Assembly: GCA_965214705.1 (NCBI GenBank)
Contig: CBDCCI010000002.1
Coordinates: 1,248,001 to 1,312,000 of the forward strand
Direction: 5' to 3'
Origin: Alphaproteobacteria bacterium
Lineage (GTDB): Bacteria; Pseudomonadota; Alphaproteobacteria; UBA828
DNA: 64,000 nucleotides
In this document: positions 29,859-38,298 of the stretch, one piece after another
Layout: each line of letters begins with the position of its first letter
How positions within the stretch are numbered: position 1 is the stretch's first letter
The notes under the pieces: generated by a model
What the model was told of the DNA's origin: nothing
Databases searched by the model: none
Seen by the model: the letters and a program-made list of their open reading frames with translations, nothing else
Made by a program: the position numbers and the translations under genes

Positions 29859-30260
29859 CTACTTGGACGCGTCGCCCAGGACGTGAGCCTCGGCATCCCG
29901 CGCAGCCTGAACCGTACGTTCGAGTTGTTCCTGCCGCCCTTCGCGGATCATATCGTCCCGCTTGAGCGTCGAAAGGATGTAGGCGCTGCGATAAGTGCGC
30001 TTGACCAGCTCGAGCATGCCGGGCGGAAGGGCGCCGTCCGAGGCCTCCGCGGGTTCGACTAAGGCGTTCAGGACGGCGTTGCGCGCAAAGGTGGCCGTCG
30101 AAATGTTGGCTGCTGCTGCTGCGCGCTGGACCTTCGCCCACTCGGCATCTGTGAACCTGACGGTTCGCGGCGAGCGAGTCCCGGTCGGTTTTTCATCGAC
30201 TTTGGCCTTGGAGGGGGGTCCTGTCTTGCTCTTTTTCGTCACGATAGCGCTCTCCCGCAA
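29859..30260 (-). CDS. Small hypothetical protein, possible ribbon-helix-helix (MobC-like)
   Basis: RTVRFTDAEWAKVQRAAAAANISTATFARNAVL fits a strand-helix-helix pattern. Confidence 0.6.
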   Translation of the reverse strand: MRESAIVTKKSKTGPPSKAKVDEKPTGTRSPRTVRFTDAEWAKVQRAAAAANISTATFARNAVLNALVEPAEASDGALPPGMLELVKRTYRSAYILSTLKRDDMIREGRQEQLERTVQAARDAEAHVLGDASK

Positions 30261-31255
30261 CGCGATCTCGCTGGGCGTTCATCTTTTCGCGCCCCGGATT
30301 GCGGACATGTGTCGCCCTATCAACCCGTTCAAGTCGCGTGTTTCAAAGAACTACGAACCGCTTGGTGTCGCAAAACGCCTTCGTATTTCAATGTATTTCT
30401 ACATGTCAAGACATGCGTCCAATCAGGTGGCTAAGAGCCGTATTTCAATGTACTTCTCTCGTTCCAACGCCACCGCCAGTGGATTCGCTACAATTTTGTC
30501 CTCTCGTGTCCGGCCATGACAGGCTATGTCGCCTCAAAATAGCTCTGCGCCTTCAGGCGCGTGGGGTGTGAGGGTTAAAGCGGCTCCGCCGTAGAGCCGG
30601 GACTTGAGGGGGGCGAGAAGAGGGGTCAGGGCCAGCCCTGATTCGAAGGCGGGGAGGATAGTCTGCGGCAGGCGGTCGTGCGACCGCGGCGACCAGGCGA
30701 CGGTTGGCCGGACGGCAACCGGGACGAAGTGCAGAAGCTCGCGATCGCGAGCGGCGCAGTGGGTCGATCACCATGTTGGTCGCGAGTGTCGGGCGTGGTG
30801 ACGCCGGGCCGTTCAGGCCCGGCTGCACCAATGTCCGGCGAGGTGTCACGGCGCTCGTCGCCATCGGCGACGGCACTGACGGGGAGCCTGCACGGGGAGC
30901 CTGCACGGGGGTCTCGCAGTTCGTCTCGCGGCGGTAAAGTTCAGCACAGCGACAACGGCTGCACTGTCGGTCGCAGCTTCGCCATCGTTGTCGTCATCGT
31001 CACAAGCGAAATGGCGAGACCGATGCACGCGCCGGTACACCGGTCGGCGACGGCGACGTGAAGCTGGAGCGCGGGCGAGGGCCGCGCGGACGTCACCGCG
31101 GTCGGTCTCGCTGCCATGAGGCGAGCGTCCGTTGACGGTGCGCAGCACCGTGACGGCGGCGATGCCGAGGCCGCGTCCGGGAGGGTTGGCCGTTCGAGCG
31201 CGAGCGGCGCAGGCGCGGATGCGCCGAGCCGCGATGCGGGGTGGCAGGCACGGCG

Positions 31256-31296
31256 AAAAAGGGGGAGCCGATCGCCGCAGAGGCAGCGATCGGCTC
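31256..31296 (-). terminator. Rho-independent terminator after the DUF2493 gene
   Basis: GAGCCGATCGC/GCGATCGGCTC stem followed on the minus strand by CCCCTTTTT. Confidence 0.7.
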
Positions 31297-31319
31297 GTAG
31301 TGGACAGGTGGCGCCATCG

Positions 31320-32246
31320 TCATGCGGCGAGCTGAACCTTCATGACCGGTATCCCCAGCTGCCGAGCTTTGTCGACGAGGTTGCCGGTGATGCCGGAGCC
31401 GGGGAACGCGATGACGCCCTTGGGCAGCAGGTTGAGCAGGTCGTCGTTGCGACGGAAGGGCGCGGCCTTGCCGTGGGCGTTCCAGTCGGGGCGGCAGATG
31501 ACCTGGTTGACGCCTCTGGCCTCGGCCCAGCTTGCCGCGATCTTCTCGACGCCGGGACCGCCGCCATGTAGCAGCACCATGTCGCCGTACTTCGCGCGCG
31601 CCATGTCGAGCGTGCTCCAGACCGCGTCGGCATCGCTGACGGTCTTGCCGCCGGTGACGGCGACCAGGGTGCCCTCGGGCAGGTGCGCGCGGGTCTCGCG
31701 GTCCTTGCGTGCGCGCCTGAAGTCGCGTGCGTCGATGGCGGCGGAGGTCAGCGTGCCGGTCTGGCTCGCGTGCGATCCGTGCCTTGGGCGCCAGACGTCG
31801 CCGGTCTCGACGCGGTAGGCGTCGGCGGCGAGGTCGCGGAGCTTCTCGAAGGCGTCGCGGCGGTCGCCGAGGTTCTGCGCACGGTCCGTGAGGGTCTGCA
31901 GCTCCCACGCCTTGACCTCCGATCCGTCCTGCGCCTTCTCGAGGTCCTTCATCTCGGGCGCGATGCGGTCGACGGCGCGGTCGAGGCGTGTGACCTGTGA
32001 GTGCAGCATGTTGGTCAGGCCCCACATCAGCGGCTCGCGCTCGTCGGCCATCTGAGTGCCGTCTACGGTGATGCCGTCGACGATGACGCGGATGGCTTCG
32101 TTCAGCGCATCGATGGCGTCGTCCTCGTCCCAGACGACGCGGCTGTCGAGCTCGCCGCGCTCGGGGCTTGCGCCGTAGAGGGCCATGCTGTCGCAGACTG
32201 CAGCGGTTGCTGACGCGGTCGGGGTAGCGTTTGTGGTGTCGATCAT
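31320..32246 (-). CDS. DUF2493 (YspA/SLOG-like) plasmid/ICE protein
   Basis: WRPRHGS, VAVTGG, LLHGG, HGKAAPFRRND, IAFPGSGITGNLVDKARQLGIPV; AGGGAGG RBS. Confidence 0.85.
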   Translation of the reverse strand: MIDTTNATPTASATAAVCDSMALYGASPERGELDSRVVWDEDDAIDALNEAIRVIVDGITVDGTQMADEREPLMWGLTNMLHSQVTRLDRAVDRIAPEMKDLEKAQDGSEVKAWELQTLTDRAQNLGDRRDAFEKLRDLAADAYRVETGDVWRPRHGSHASQTGTLTSAAIDARDFRRARKDRETRAHLPEGTLVAVTGGKTVSDADAVWSTLDMARAKYGDMVLLHGGGPGVEKIAASWAEARGVNQVICRPDWNAHGKAAPFRRNDDLLNLLPKGVIAFPGSGITGNLVDKARQLGIPVMKVQLAA

Positions 32247-32297
32247 GTCGACCTCCCTTGTTTCATCCCTCTGGATGTTCATCCTCCGGGGCCCAGT

Positions 32298-32696
32298 GCC
32301 CCTTCGTGATGTCGTTTCTCTTCACGCGCGCGCAGTGGAAGCACCTGGCCCTAGATGGTCTTAGGCGGGAGTCGGTGCGGAACGTCGCCGATGTTGGTGC
32401 GGAAGTTGGCGTTCTTCGATCCTGGGAGGCCCGGCGCGCCGCCTCGGTGACTGGCCGCGTTTCGAGTAGGCCTTCTCAAGAACTGCTAGCGCCGGGCCGA
32501 CGCGCCGGCCCCGCGCAAGGGGCCGGTGCGCCACACACTCGGCGTTGGAGAGTTCTGGCAAGCCAACTTCACGGTCGGCGACGTTCACGGCCCGCCTTAG
32601 AGCATCTTGGGCCAGGCCGCAGGGAGCGGAGCGACCGGAGGACCCGCAGGGTTGCTGGAATGAGCACGCGTGACATCCTGCGACATCACGACGGGG
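32298..32696. promoter_or_regulatory. Long nested inverted-repeat structure; candidate single-stranded-DNA promoter (Frpo/ssi-like)
   Basis: Five nested complementary arm pairs in mirror order plus two inner hairpins, directly upstream of the DUF2493 gene; function inferred. Confidence 0.6.
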
Positions 32697-32747
32697 TGGC
32701 TATTCTCTCCCCACGCACGGTCTCCGTTTCTGTTGTGCCTGCCGGCA

Positions 32748-32981
32748 TCACGACCAGAGTGGGTGTGAGCGGATACGCTGCTCGGCCACCTCGCGAATGC
32801 GCGAGCGGTCGTGCACACGCACCGGGCCGCGGGGATCTTCGTCAAGATGGATCACGAAGAAGGACGAACCCGGGTGAAGGATGTCGGGATGACGGAAGAG
32901 GTCGCCGACGTGATCGCCGTCGGCGTCGAGGATGCGAGCCTCGTCGTCGCCGACGCGCGTGAAGGTGATGGTGCTGCTCAT
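32748..32981 (-). CDS. Hypothetical protein, 77 aa
   Basis: AGGAG RBS before ATG; protein-like sequence MSSTITFTRVGDDEARIL. Confidence 0.6.
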   Translation of the reverse strand: MSSTITFTRVGDDEARILDADGDHVGDLFRHPDILHPGSSFFVIHLDEDPRGPVRVHDRSRIREVAEQRIRSHPLWS

Positions 32982-33079
32982 GCTGCGCTCCTGGCGTGAT
33001 GGCGGCGGGGAGAAACCTCTCTCCCTCTCTGCGCCGCTCGCCCGGCGCCTGCTCTTCTCCGTCTCTGGCCGGGCGATCG

Positions 33080-34069
33080 TCACCACCGGTCCCCGGCGCT
33101 GACCCGGCGGCAGAAGATCGGGGCGAGCCTGGCGCGAATCGCCGGCGCGCCGAGGGCGACGAGATCGCTGTTGAAGTCATCGCCCGCGGGCGCGACGACC
33201 AGTGCGGCGACCCTCGCGCGTGCGCAGCGCCGGGCGAGGCGCTCGGCTGCGCGCTCTCCCTCGGGGTCGTTGTCGCGCGCGATCACCAGCCGCGTGACGC
33301 CGGCAGGCGGCGCGAATGCGCCGAGGCTGCCGGCGGACAGCGCCGCGGCAGCAACGGTGTCGGGGATGGCGGTGACGATGGACAGCACGGTCTCGATCCC
33401 CTCGCCGACCAGCAGCGTGCCGGCGCCGGGAGCGCCGAAGCGGACGGCCAGTCCGTGGACGCGGCCGAGCGCCTTGCGCGGGCACGCCACGGGCGCCTTG
33501 GCCGGGCGCGAGGGATCGAGCCAGGTGCGGTGGACGCCGGTAACGGATCCGCCGGTGCCGGTCACGGCGGCGACCAGCGCCGGCAGGCGGCGCACGCCGC
33601 CGCCGTCGCGGTAGAAGAGCGCGGGGTGGAAGCGGAGCGCGGGGAAGCGGCAGCGATGGACATGCCTGGCGCGCAGATAGGCCTCGGCATGGGTGCCGTC
33701 GATGGCGCGGCAGCGCTGCCACAGGCGGCGTGCCGCCTCGGTGGCGTCGTAGGCGTCGCCCGGGCCCGCAGCCGGCACAGCCGGCCGGGCGAGGAAAGCG
33801 CGCGCCTCGTCGAGCGCCGCGCGAAGCGTCGGCGCGCAGGTGCGACGGCGGATGATGTCGAGCAGATCGCCATGCTCCCCCGTGGCTGCATCGGTGAACT
33901 TCCCCGGCGGACCTGGAGGCGCGAGGCGGACGAAGAGGGATCGCCCGCGCCCGCCGTCGAGGTCGCCCGCGACCCAGTACCGGCCCCGGCGGCGCCCGTA
34001 GGGCAGGTATCGGCGGCAGACCTCTTCGGCGCGCTCGGCGAGCGCTGCGGCGACGGAAGCCGCGTTCAT
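33080..34069 (-). CDS. Toprim-domain DNA primase-like protein of plasmids/ICEs
   Basis: TGEHGDLLD, AEAYLRAR, GVHRTWL, VGEGIETVLS, IARDND, DFNSDL. Confidence 0.88.
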   Translation of the reverse strand: MNAASVAAALAERAEEVCRRYLPYGRRRGRYWVAGDLDGGRGRSLFVRLAPPGPPGKFTDAATGEHGDLLDIIRRRTCAPTLRAALDEARAFLARPAVPAAGPGDAYDATEAARRLWQRCRAIDGTHAEAYLRARHVHRCRFPALRFHPALFYRDGGGVRRLPALVAAVTGTGGSVTGVHRTWLDPSRPAKAPVACPRKALGRVHGLAVRFGAPGAGTLLVGEGIETVLSIVTAIPDTVAAAALSAGSLGAFAPPAGVTRLVIARDNDPEGERAAERLARRCARARVAALVVAPAGDDFNSDLVALGAPAIRARLAPIFCRRVSAGDRW

Positions 34070-34274
34070 GGCGCACACTTCTGGATCAAGCGGGAATCGG
34101 CGAAGCCGGGACTGTCGGCGGTGATGGGGCGCATGAGAGACCTCTCCGGACGCTGCGTGGGACGCGCCCCGGTCCCGGCCTCGACCGGCCTCTCGCCGGC
34201 GCCGGAACGGCAGGCGCCGCGCGAAGCGCACGGCGCGCCATCCGGCCCGTGAGGGACTCGGATCGGGCTGCACG

Positions 34275-34313
34275 AAAAAGCCCGCCCCGCGCGGGAGGAA
34301 CGCGGGGCGGGCT
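34275..34313 (-). terminator. Rho-independent terminator after ssb
   Basis: 13-bp stem AGCCCGCCCCGCG/CGCGGGGCGGGCT followed by a T-run on the minus strand. Confidence 0.75.
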
Positions 34314-34354
34314 CTGGGGCGAGCGGGCGGGGAAGGCCCGCTGCGGGGACAGGC

Positions 34355-34798
34355 TCAGAACGGGATCGAACTGCCCTGGTCTGCAGCCACGGCCGAACCG
34401 TTGGCCGGCTCCGCCGTGTCGGCCGCGCCGTTGCCGCTGGCCCCGGCAGGACGATCGAGGAACTGCACGCGGCCACCGGGCACGAGGAGGATCTCGGTCG
34501 AGAACCGGTCGCTGTCCTCACCGTCCTTGCGCCACTTCCTGGTCTGCAGCTTGCCCGCGACGTAGACCAACCGGCCCTTCTTCGCGTGCTTCTCCAGCAT
34601 GTCGATCAGCCCGCTCTGGAAGCTGACCACCCTGTGCCACTCGGTCCGATCCACCCGCTCGCCGGATTGCCTGTCGATATAGGATTCGTCGGTCGCCACC
34701 GACATATTGGCGACGCGCCCGCCGGAGGCGAGGTTGCTGATGGTCGCATCGGCGCCCAGCCGGCCGATGATCTGAGCGGAGTTGAGTCCGAACGCCAT
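34355..34798 (-). CDS. ssb: Single-stranded DNA-binding protein
   Basis: IIGRLGAD, RTEWHRVV, KGRLVYVAGKLQTRKW, C-terminal IPF. Confidence 0.93.
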   Translation of the reverse strand: MAFGLNSAQIIGRLGADATISNLASGGRVANMSVATDESYIDRQSGERVDRTEWHRVVSFQSGLIDMLEKHAKKGRLVYVAGKLQTRKWRKDGEDSDRFSTEILLVPGGRVQFLDRPAGASGNGAADTAEPANGSAVAADQGSSIPF

Positions 34799-35041
34799 GA
34801 TCGTGTCTCCTTGCGATTCGAGTTGATGACGAAGGTTGACGAGCGGGCTGGAGCCTCTCCTCGGCCCCGCCCTGCTCACCTTCTCCAAGCCTCACTTCAC
34901 TCTCGCCTGCGGCCTGCTCCGAGGCCCGCCGGGTTTACGAGGCCTCGCGAATCGCACGGCCGGTGACTGCCGTGGCGCCGGTTCGGGATCGCGATTGACG
35001 GGAGCGGGCTCACCTTCGGAAGGCCCGCGGCGGGTCCGCGC

Positions 35042-35851
35042 TCATGACGGCGATAGAGCCATCAAGGGAATGTTGGAGCGGATCTCGACTTGCTCGGGGC
35101 GCAGGTGGGCGAAGGCGATGCAGGCGGCGGCCTCGGATTCGGTCTCGAAGACGCCCAGCTCGTCGCCCGTCTCCAATTCGATCACGGTGATCTGCGGCGG
35201 CCAGAGCGCCGCCAGGTGTCGCTCGGGCGCGCGGGAATTGGACCGATATGCGCAGCGCTCACAGCGGGCCGTGCCACCGGTGCGGACCCCACAATCCACA
35301 CACGCGCCCTGCGCGCGCCTCGCGGCATAGCGCTTCTTCCCGGCAGCGCTCGCTCGGTCGGGACAGACGCGCTCCTTCTCCAGTGCGAGGCAGCGGCCGC
35401 AGCGCGACAGGCCCCCGACCGTGGGCTGGTTGCAGCGCACGCAACTGTCGGCAGCGCGCCGCGCGTCATAGCGCCGGCGGTCGCGTGCGCGCCGCTCCTC
35501 GCGGCACGGCTCGCAGACGGAGCGGTTCTCGTCCGGCCGACGGAGGCCGCAGGACGTGCAGAGTCCCGCCTCCTGACGCGCCCGGCGGCGGCGCCTGTCG
35601 CCGGCGCGGTCGGCTCTGCGGCAGCGCTCCGGATCGCGGCCGCCATATTGCTGGCCCTCGCCGCGGGCCTTCGCCCGGCGGGCGCGCTCGGCGGCGCGGC
35701 GCTTCTCGGCACAGCCTGTACACACTTTGCGACCGGGCTCGGGAGGAAGCCGGCCGCAGCGAGTGCAACGGCCGCTGGCGGTGCGCGCGGCGTGGCGCTG
35801 GCGGAGGCGGCGATCCCGCGCCTTCTTCTTCACCGGGTCCTTGAGCGGCAT
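35042..35851 (-). CDS. Arg-rich protein with four repeated C4 zinc-finger-like modules and a NUMOD1-like C-terminus
   Basis: Eight CxxC motifs in four pairs separated by basic helices; tail VIELETGDELGVFETESEAAA. Confidence 0.7.
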   Translation of the reverse strand: MPLKDPVKKKARDRRLRQRHAARTASGRCTRCGRLPPEPGRKVCTGCAEKRRAAERARRAKARGEGQQYGGRDPERCRRADRAGDRRRRRARQEAGLCTSCGLRRPDENRSVCEPCREERRARDRRRYDARRAADSCVRCNQPTVGGLSRCGRCLALEKERVCPDRASAAGKKRYAARRAQGACVDCGVRTGGTARCERCAYRSNSRAPERHLAALWPPQITVIELETGDELGVFETESEAAACIAFAHLRPEQVEIRSNIPLMALSPS

Positions 35852-35866
35852 GACCGGCCACCCCGG

Positions 35867-36193
35867 TCAGCGCGCGTGGCGCATGGCGCTCAACCCGCTC
35901 GCGGAAATCCCCCAAATCTGCACGCCCGACGCCTTGAGATCGAGCGCGGTGCAGACGATGATCTCGTCGCGCTCGGGCCGCAACTTCCTGACGGCGCCTG
36001 CGCTCACGATCGTGCGGCGCGGCCTGCGTCCGCCCTTCTTTGCCTTCGGCTGCCCGGCCTCGACCGGGTGGATCTGCCCGTCGGGCCGGGAGCGGTACTT
36101 CTCTACCACGTAGCGCTCCCCGTCGAGCCCCCGCCCGAAGACGTGGACCAGGAACGTGTGCGCGTTGCGATACGACGGCCGGCGAATCTGCAT
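35867..36193 (-). CDS. Hypothetical protein, 108 aa
   Basis: GGGGAGG RBS before ATG, same strand as neighbours; no recognisable motif. Confidence 0.45.
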   Translation of the reverse strand: MQIRRPSYRNAHTFLVHVFGRGLDGERYVVEKYRSRPDGQIHPVEAGQPKAKKGGRRPRRTIVSAGAVRKLRPERDEIIVCTALDLKASGVQIWGISASGLSAMRHAR

Positions 36194-36540
36194 GGCCTGC
36201 CTCCCCTTCGTCTGATGTGCCGACGGCGGGGACCCGCTCCGCAGCGCCGCCCCCACCGCCCGCGTCACGGCCGGCCTCTCGCTCGCAGCGGCGCAGAAGC
36301 GTGTGGCGGCGGAAGGACGACGGGGAGGCGGCGGGGCGGAGGCGGGTGGGAGTGACGGACACCGCCGTTTCGTCATCCGGGGGACGGCCGGGGCCGCTTA
36401 CGAGGCGTCCGCCGGTCTGTCACCGCGGGCCGGCCGTGGCTATGATGACGGCCCTGCGGCGGAGACCATCCCGCCGCAGTCATTCGGGTTGCCCGGCGGC
36501 GGGTTGGCCCAGGCAAATCACACAAGGCAGGTCGTTCGGA

Positions 36541-37383
36541 ATGCTGGAAGGCGGTTCAGGATCGGCGCCCGGCGCCACAGTCGTTGCAACAGTGAAGTGG
36601 TTCAATCCGGTGAAGGGGTTCGGCTTCCTTACGCCCGTCGACGGTTCGCCCGACGTCTTCTGCCATGTCTCGGCGGTGTCGCGGGCGGGCTTTGACACTC
36701 TTCCCGAGGGCGCGAGCGTAACCTGTCAGGTCGAGCAGGGCCGTCAGGGTCCGCAGGTCTGGCAGATCCATGCCGTCGATACGTCGACCGTGACCGCGAG
36801 CCCGACGAGGGGCGGCGGGCCGCCGCGCGGCGATTACGGACATGGTCACGGCGAGCGGGGTCCTGCTTCCGGCCGCCGCGTCGTGGCTGCCGTGAAGTGG
36901 TTCAATCCGGCGAAGGGTTTCGGCTTTCTGGTTCCCGACGACGGCTCGCCCGATGTGTTCTGCCATGCCTCGGCGGTCCGGGACGCCGGGTACGACACGC
37001 TCCCGCAGGGCGCGACCGTGACCTGCGAGGTGACGGAAGGCCGGCAGGGTCCGATGGTTTCGTCCATCGTCGCCGTCGATGCCTCGACCGCCATGGCCCA
37101 ACATGCGGACCGCGACGAGCCGTACCGCGACCGGCGTGAACGAGGGTGGGACCGCGACCAGCCGGCCGGGCCGGTCGAGGAGCGTTCCGGCCTGGTCAAG
37201 TTCTACAACGCCGCCAAGGGATACGGCTTCGTGGTTCCGGACGACGGCGGGCCTGACGTGTTCCTGCACGGGAGCGTGCTCAACCGGGCCGGCCTGGGCG
37301 CGCTTGAGCCGGGCGAGCGGGTGAGCGTCATGGTGGAGCAGGGAACGCGCGGCGCGCAGGCGAGGGACATCGAGCTCATCTGA
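36541..37383 (+). CDS. Cold-shock protein with three tandem CSD domains
   Basis: Three copies of VK(W/F)(F/Y)N..KG(F/Y)GF..P.DG.PDVF.H (RNP1/RNP2). Confidence 0.9.
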   Translation: MLEGGSGSAPGATVVATVKWFNPVKGFGFLTPVDGSPDVFCHVSAVSRAGFDTLPEGASVTCQVEQGRQGPQVWQIHAVDTSTVTASPTRGGGPPRGDYGHGHGERGPASGRRVVAAVKWFNPAKGFGFLVPDDGSPDVFCHASAVRDAGYDTLPQGATVTCEVTEGRQGPMVSSIVAVDASTAMAQHADRDEPYRDRRERGWDRDQPAGPVEERSGLVKFYNAAKGYGFVVPDDGGPDVFLHGSVLNRAGLGALEPGERVSVMVEQGTRGAQARDIELI

Positions 37384-37471
37384 GGCGGAACGGCCGCCGC
37401 GCGCCGGTACGTCTCACATGCCGGGATGTACGGCCGGAACGCGAGCGCCGATTCGGCAGGGTGGCGTGGAG

Positions 37472-37813
37472 CTATTCCACCATCCGCTTGAGGCCCGCCA
37501 GGACGCGGACCTTGACCGCCGTGGACGCTGGCTTTGCAGCCACCTGTATCTCCTCGCCGGTGCGCGGCGAGATCATCGTCCGCGCCTTGGTGGCAGGCTT
37601 GCGTACACGCATGACCCTGAGCAAGCCGGGAAGCGTGAAGGTGCCGACGGCGCGCTTCTTGATGTGGCGCTCGATGAGAATGCCCAGTTCGTCGAGCACC
37701 GCAGCGACGTCCTTCTTCGGAAGCCCGGTCGACTCCGAGAGCGAGGCCAGCAGCTGCGTCTTGGTCATCGCTTCCCTGAGCGCGGTGGCCTTGCGGTGAG
37801 TTGAAGTTGCCAT
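37472..37813 (-). CDS. HU/IHF-family DNA-binding protein (divergent HU-like)
   Basis: MTKTQLLASLSESTGL, FTLPGL, ISPRTGEEIQVAAKPAS..VKVR. Confidence 0.85.
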   Translation of the reverse strand: MATSTHRKATALREAMTKTQLLASLSESTGLPKKDVAAVLDELGILIERHIKKRAVGTFTLPGLLRVMRVRKPATKARTMISPRTGEEIQVAAKPASTAVKVRVLAGLKRMVE

Positions 37814-38298
37814 GTTTCGGGTCTCTGATGGTGGGGCTGGGGCGGCTGCATACTACGCCGGCGAGCGGGCGCCAAGGGACGCTGGTCCCTACCGGAGCCC
37901 CACCGGCGTCTTCCCGCTCCGGGAACCTCTTCTCGGCCGGCAGGTACACAACCAGGCCCGAGGGATCGCTGGCGGCAACCGGTCCCGCGTTGCCGCCGGC
38001 CGTCGCCGCCACGCCGCGGGCCGTGAGCGCGGGCGACCGCGTCGGTGAATTGCGAATCGGATGTTCGGCGGCCGAAGAGTGGGAGGGAGGCACAGGTGCG
38101 TCAGCGTCACGGTCTGCTCAATGGATGGGCGCGGGTAGTTTGCCGGGGATGCTGTGCAGGTGAGAGGCGGATTGCTCGCGGCGGACGCAGGCCACGGATG
38201 CCGGACTCTGCCCACGGTCCGATCCCGCCCGGAGATGCCGGTGCGGCGGCGCCGACGGTCCGAGTCCCCACCGCCCGGCCGCAGCCGCTGCGCGCTTC

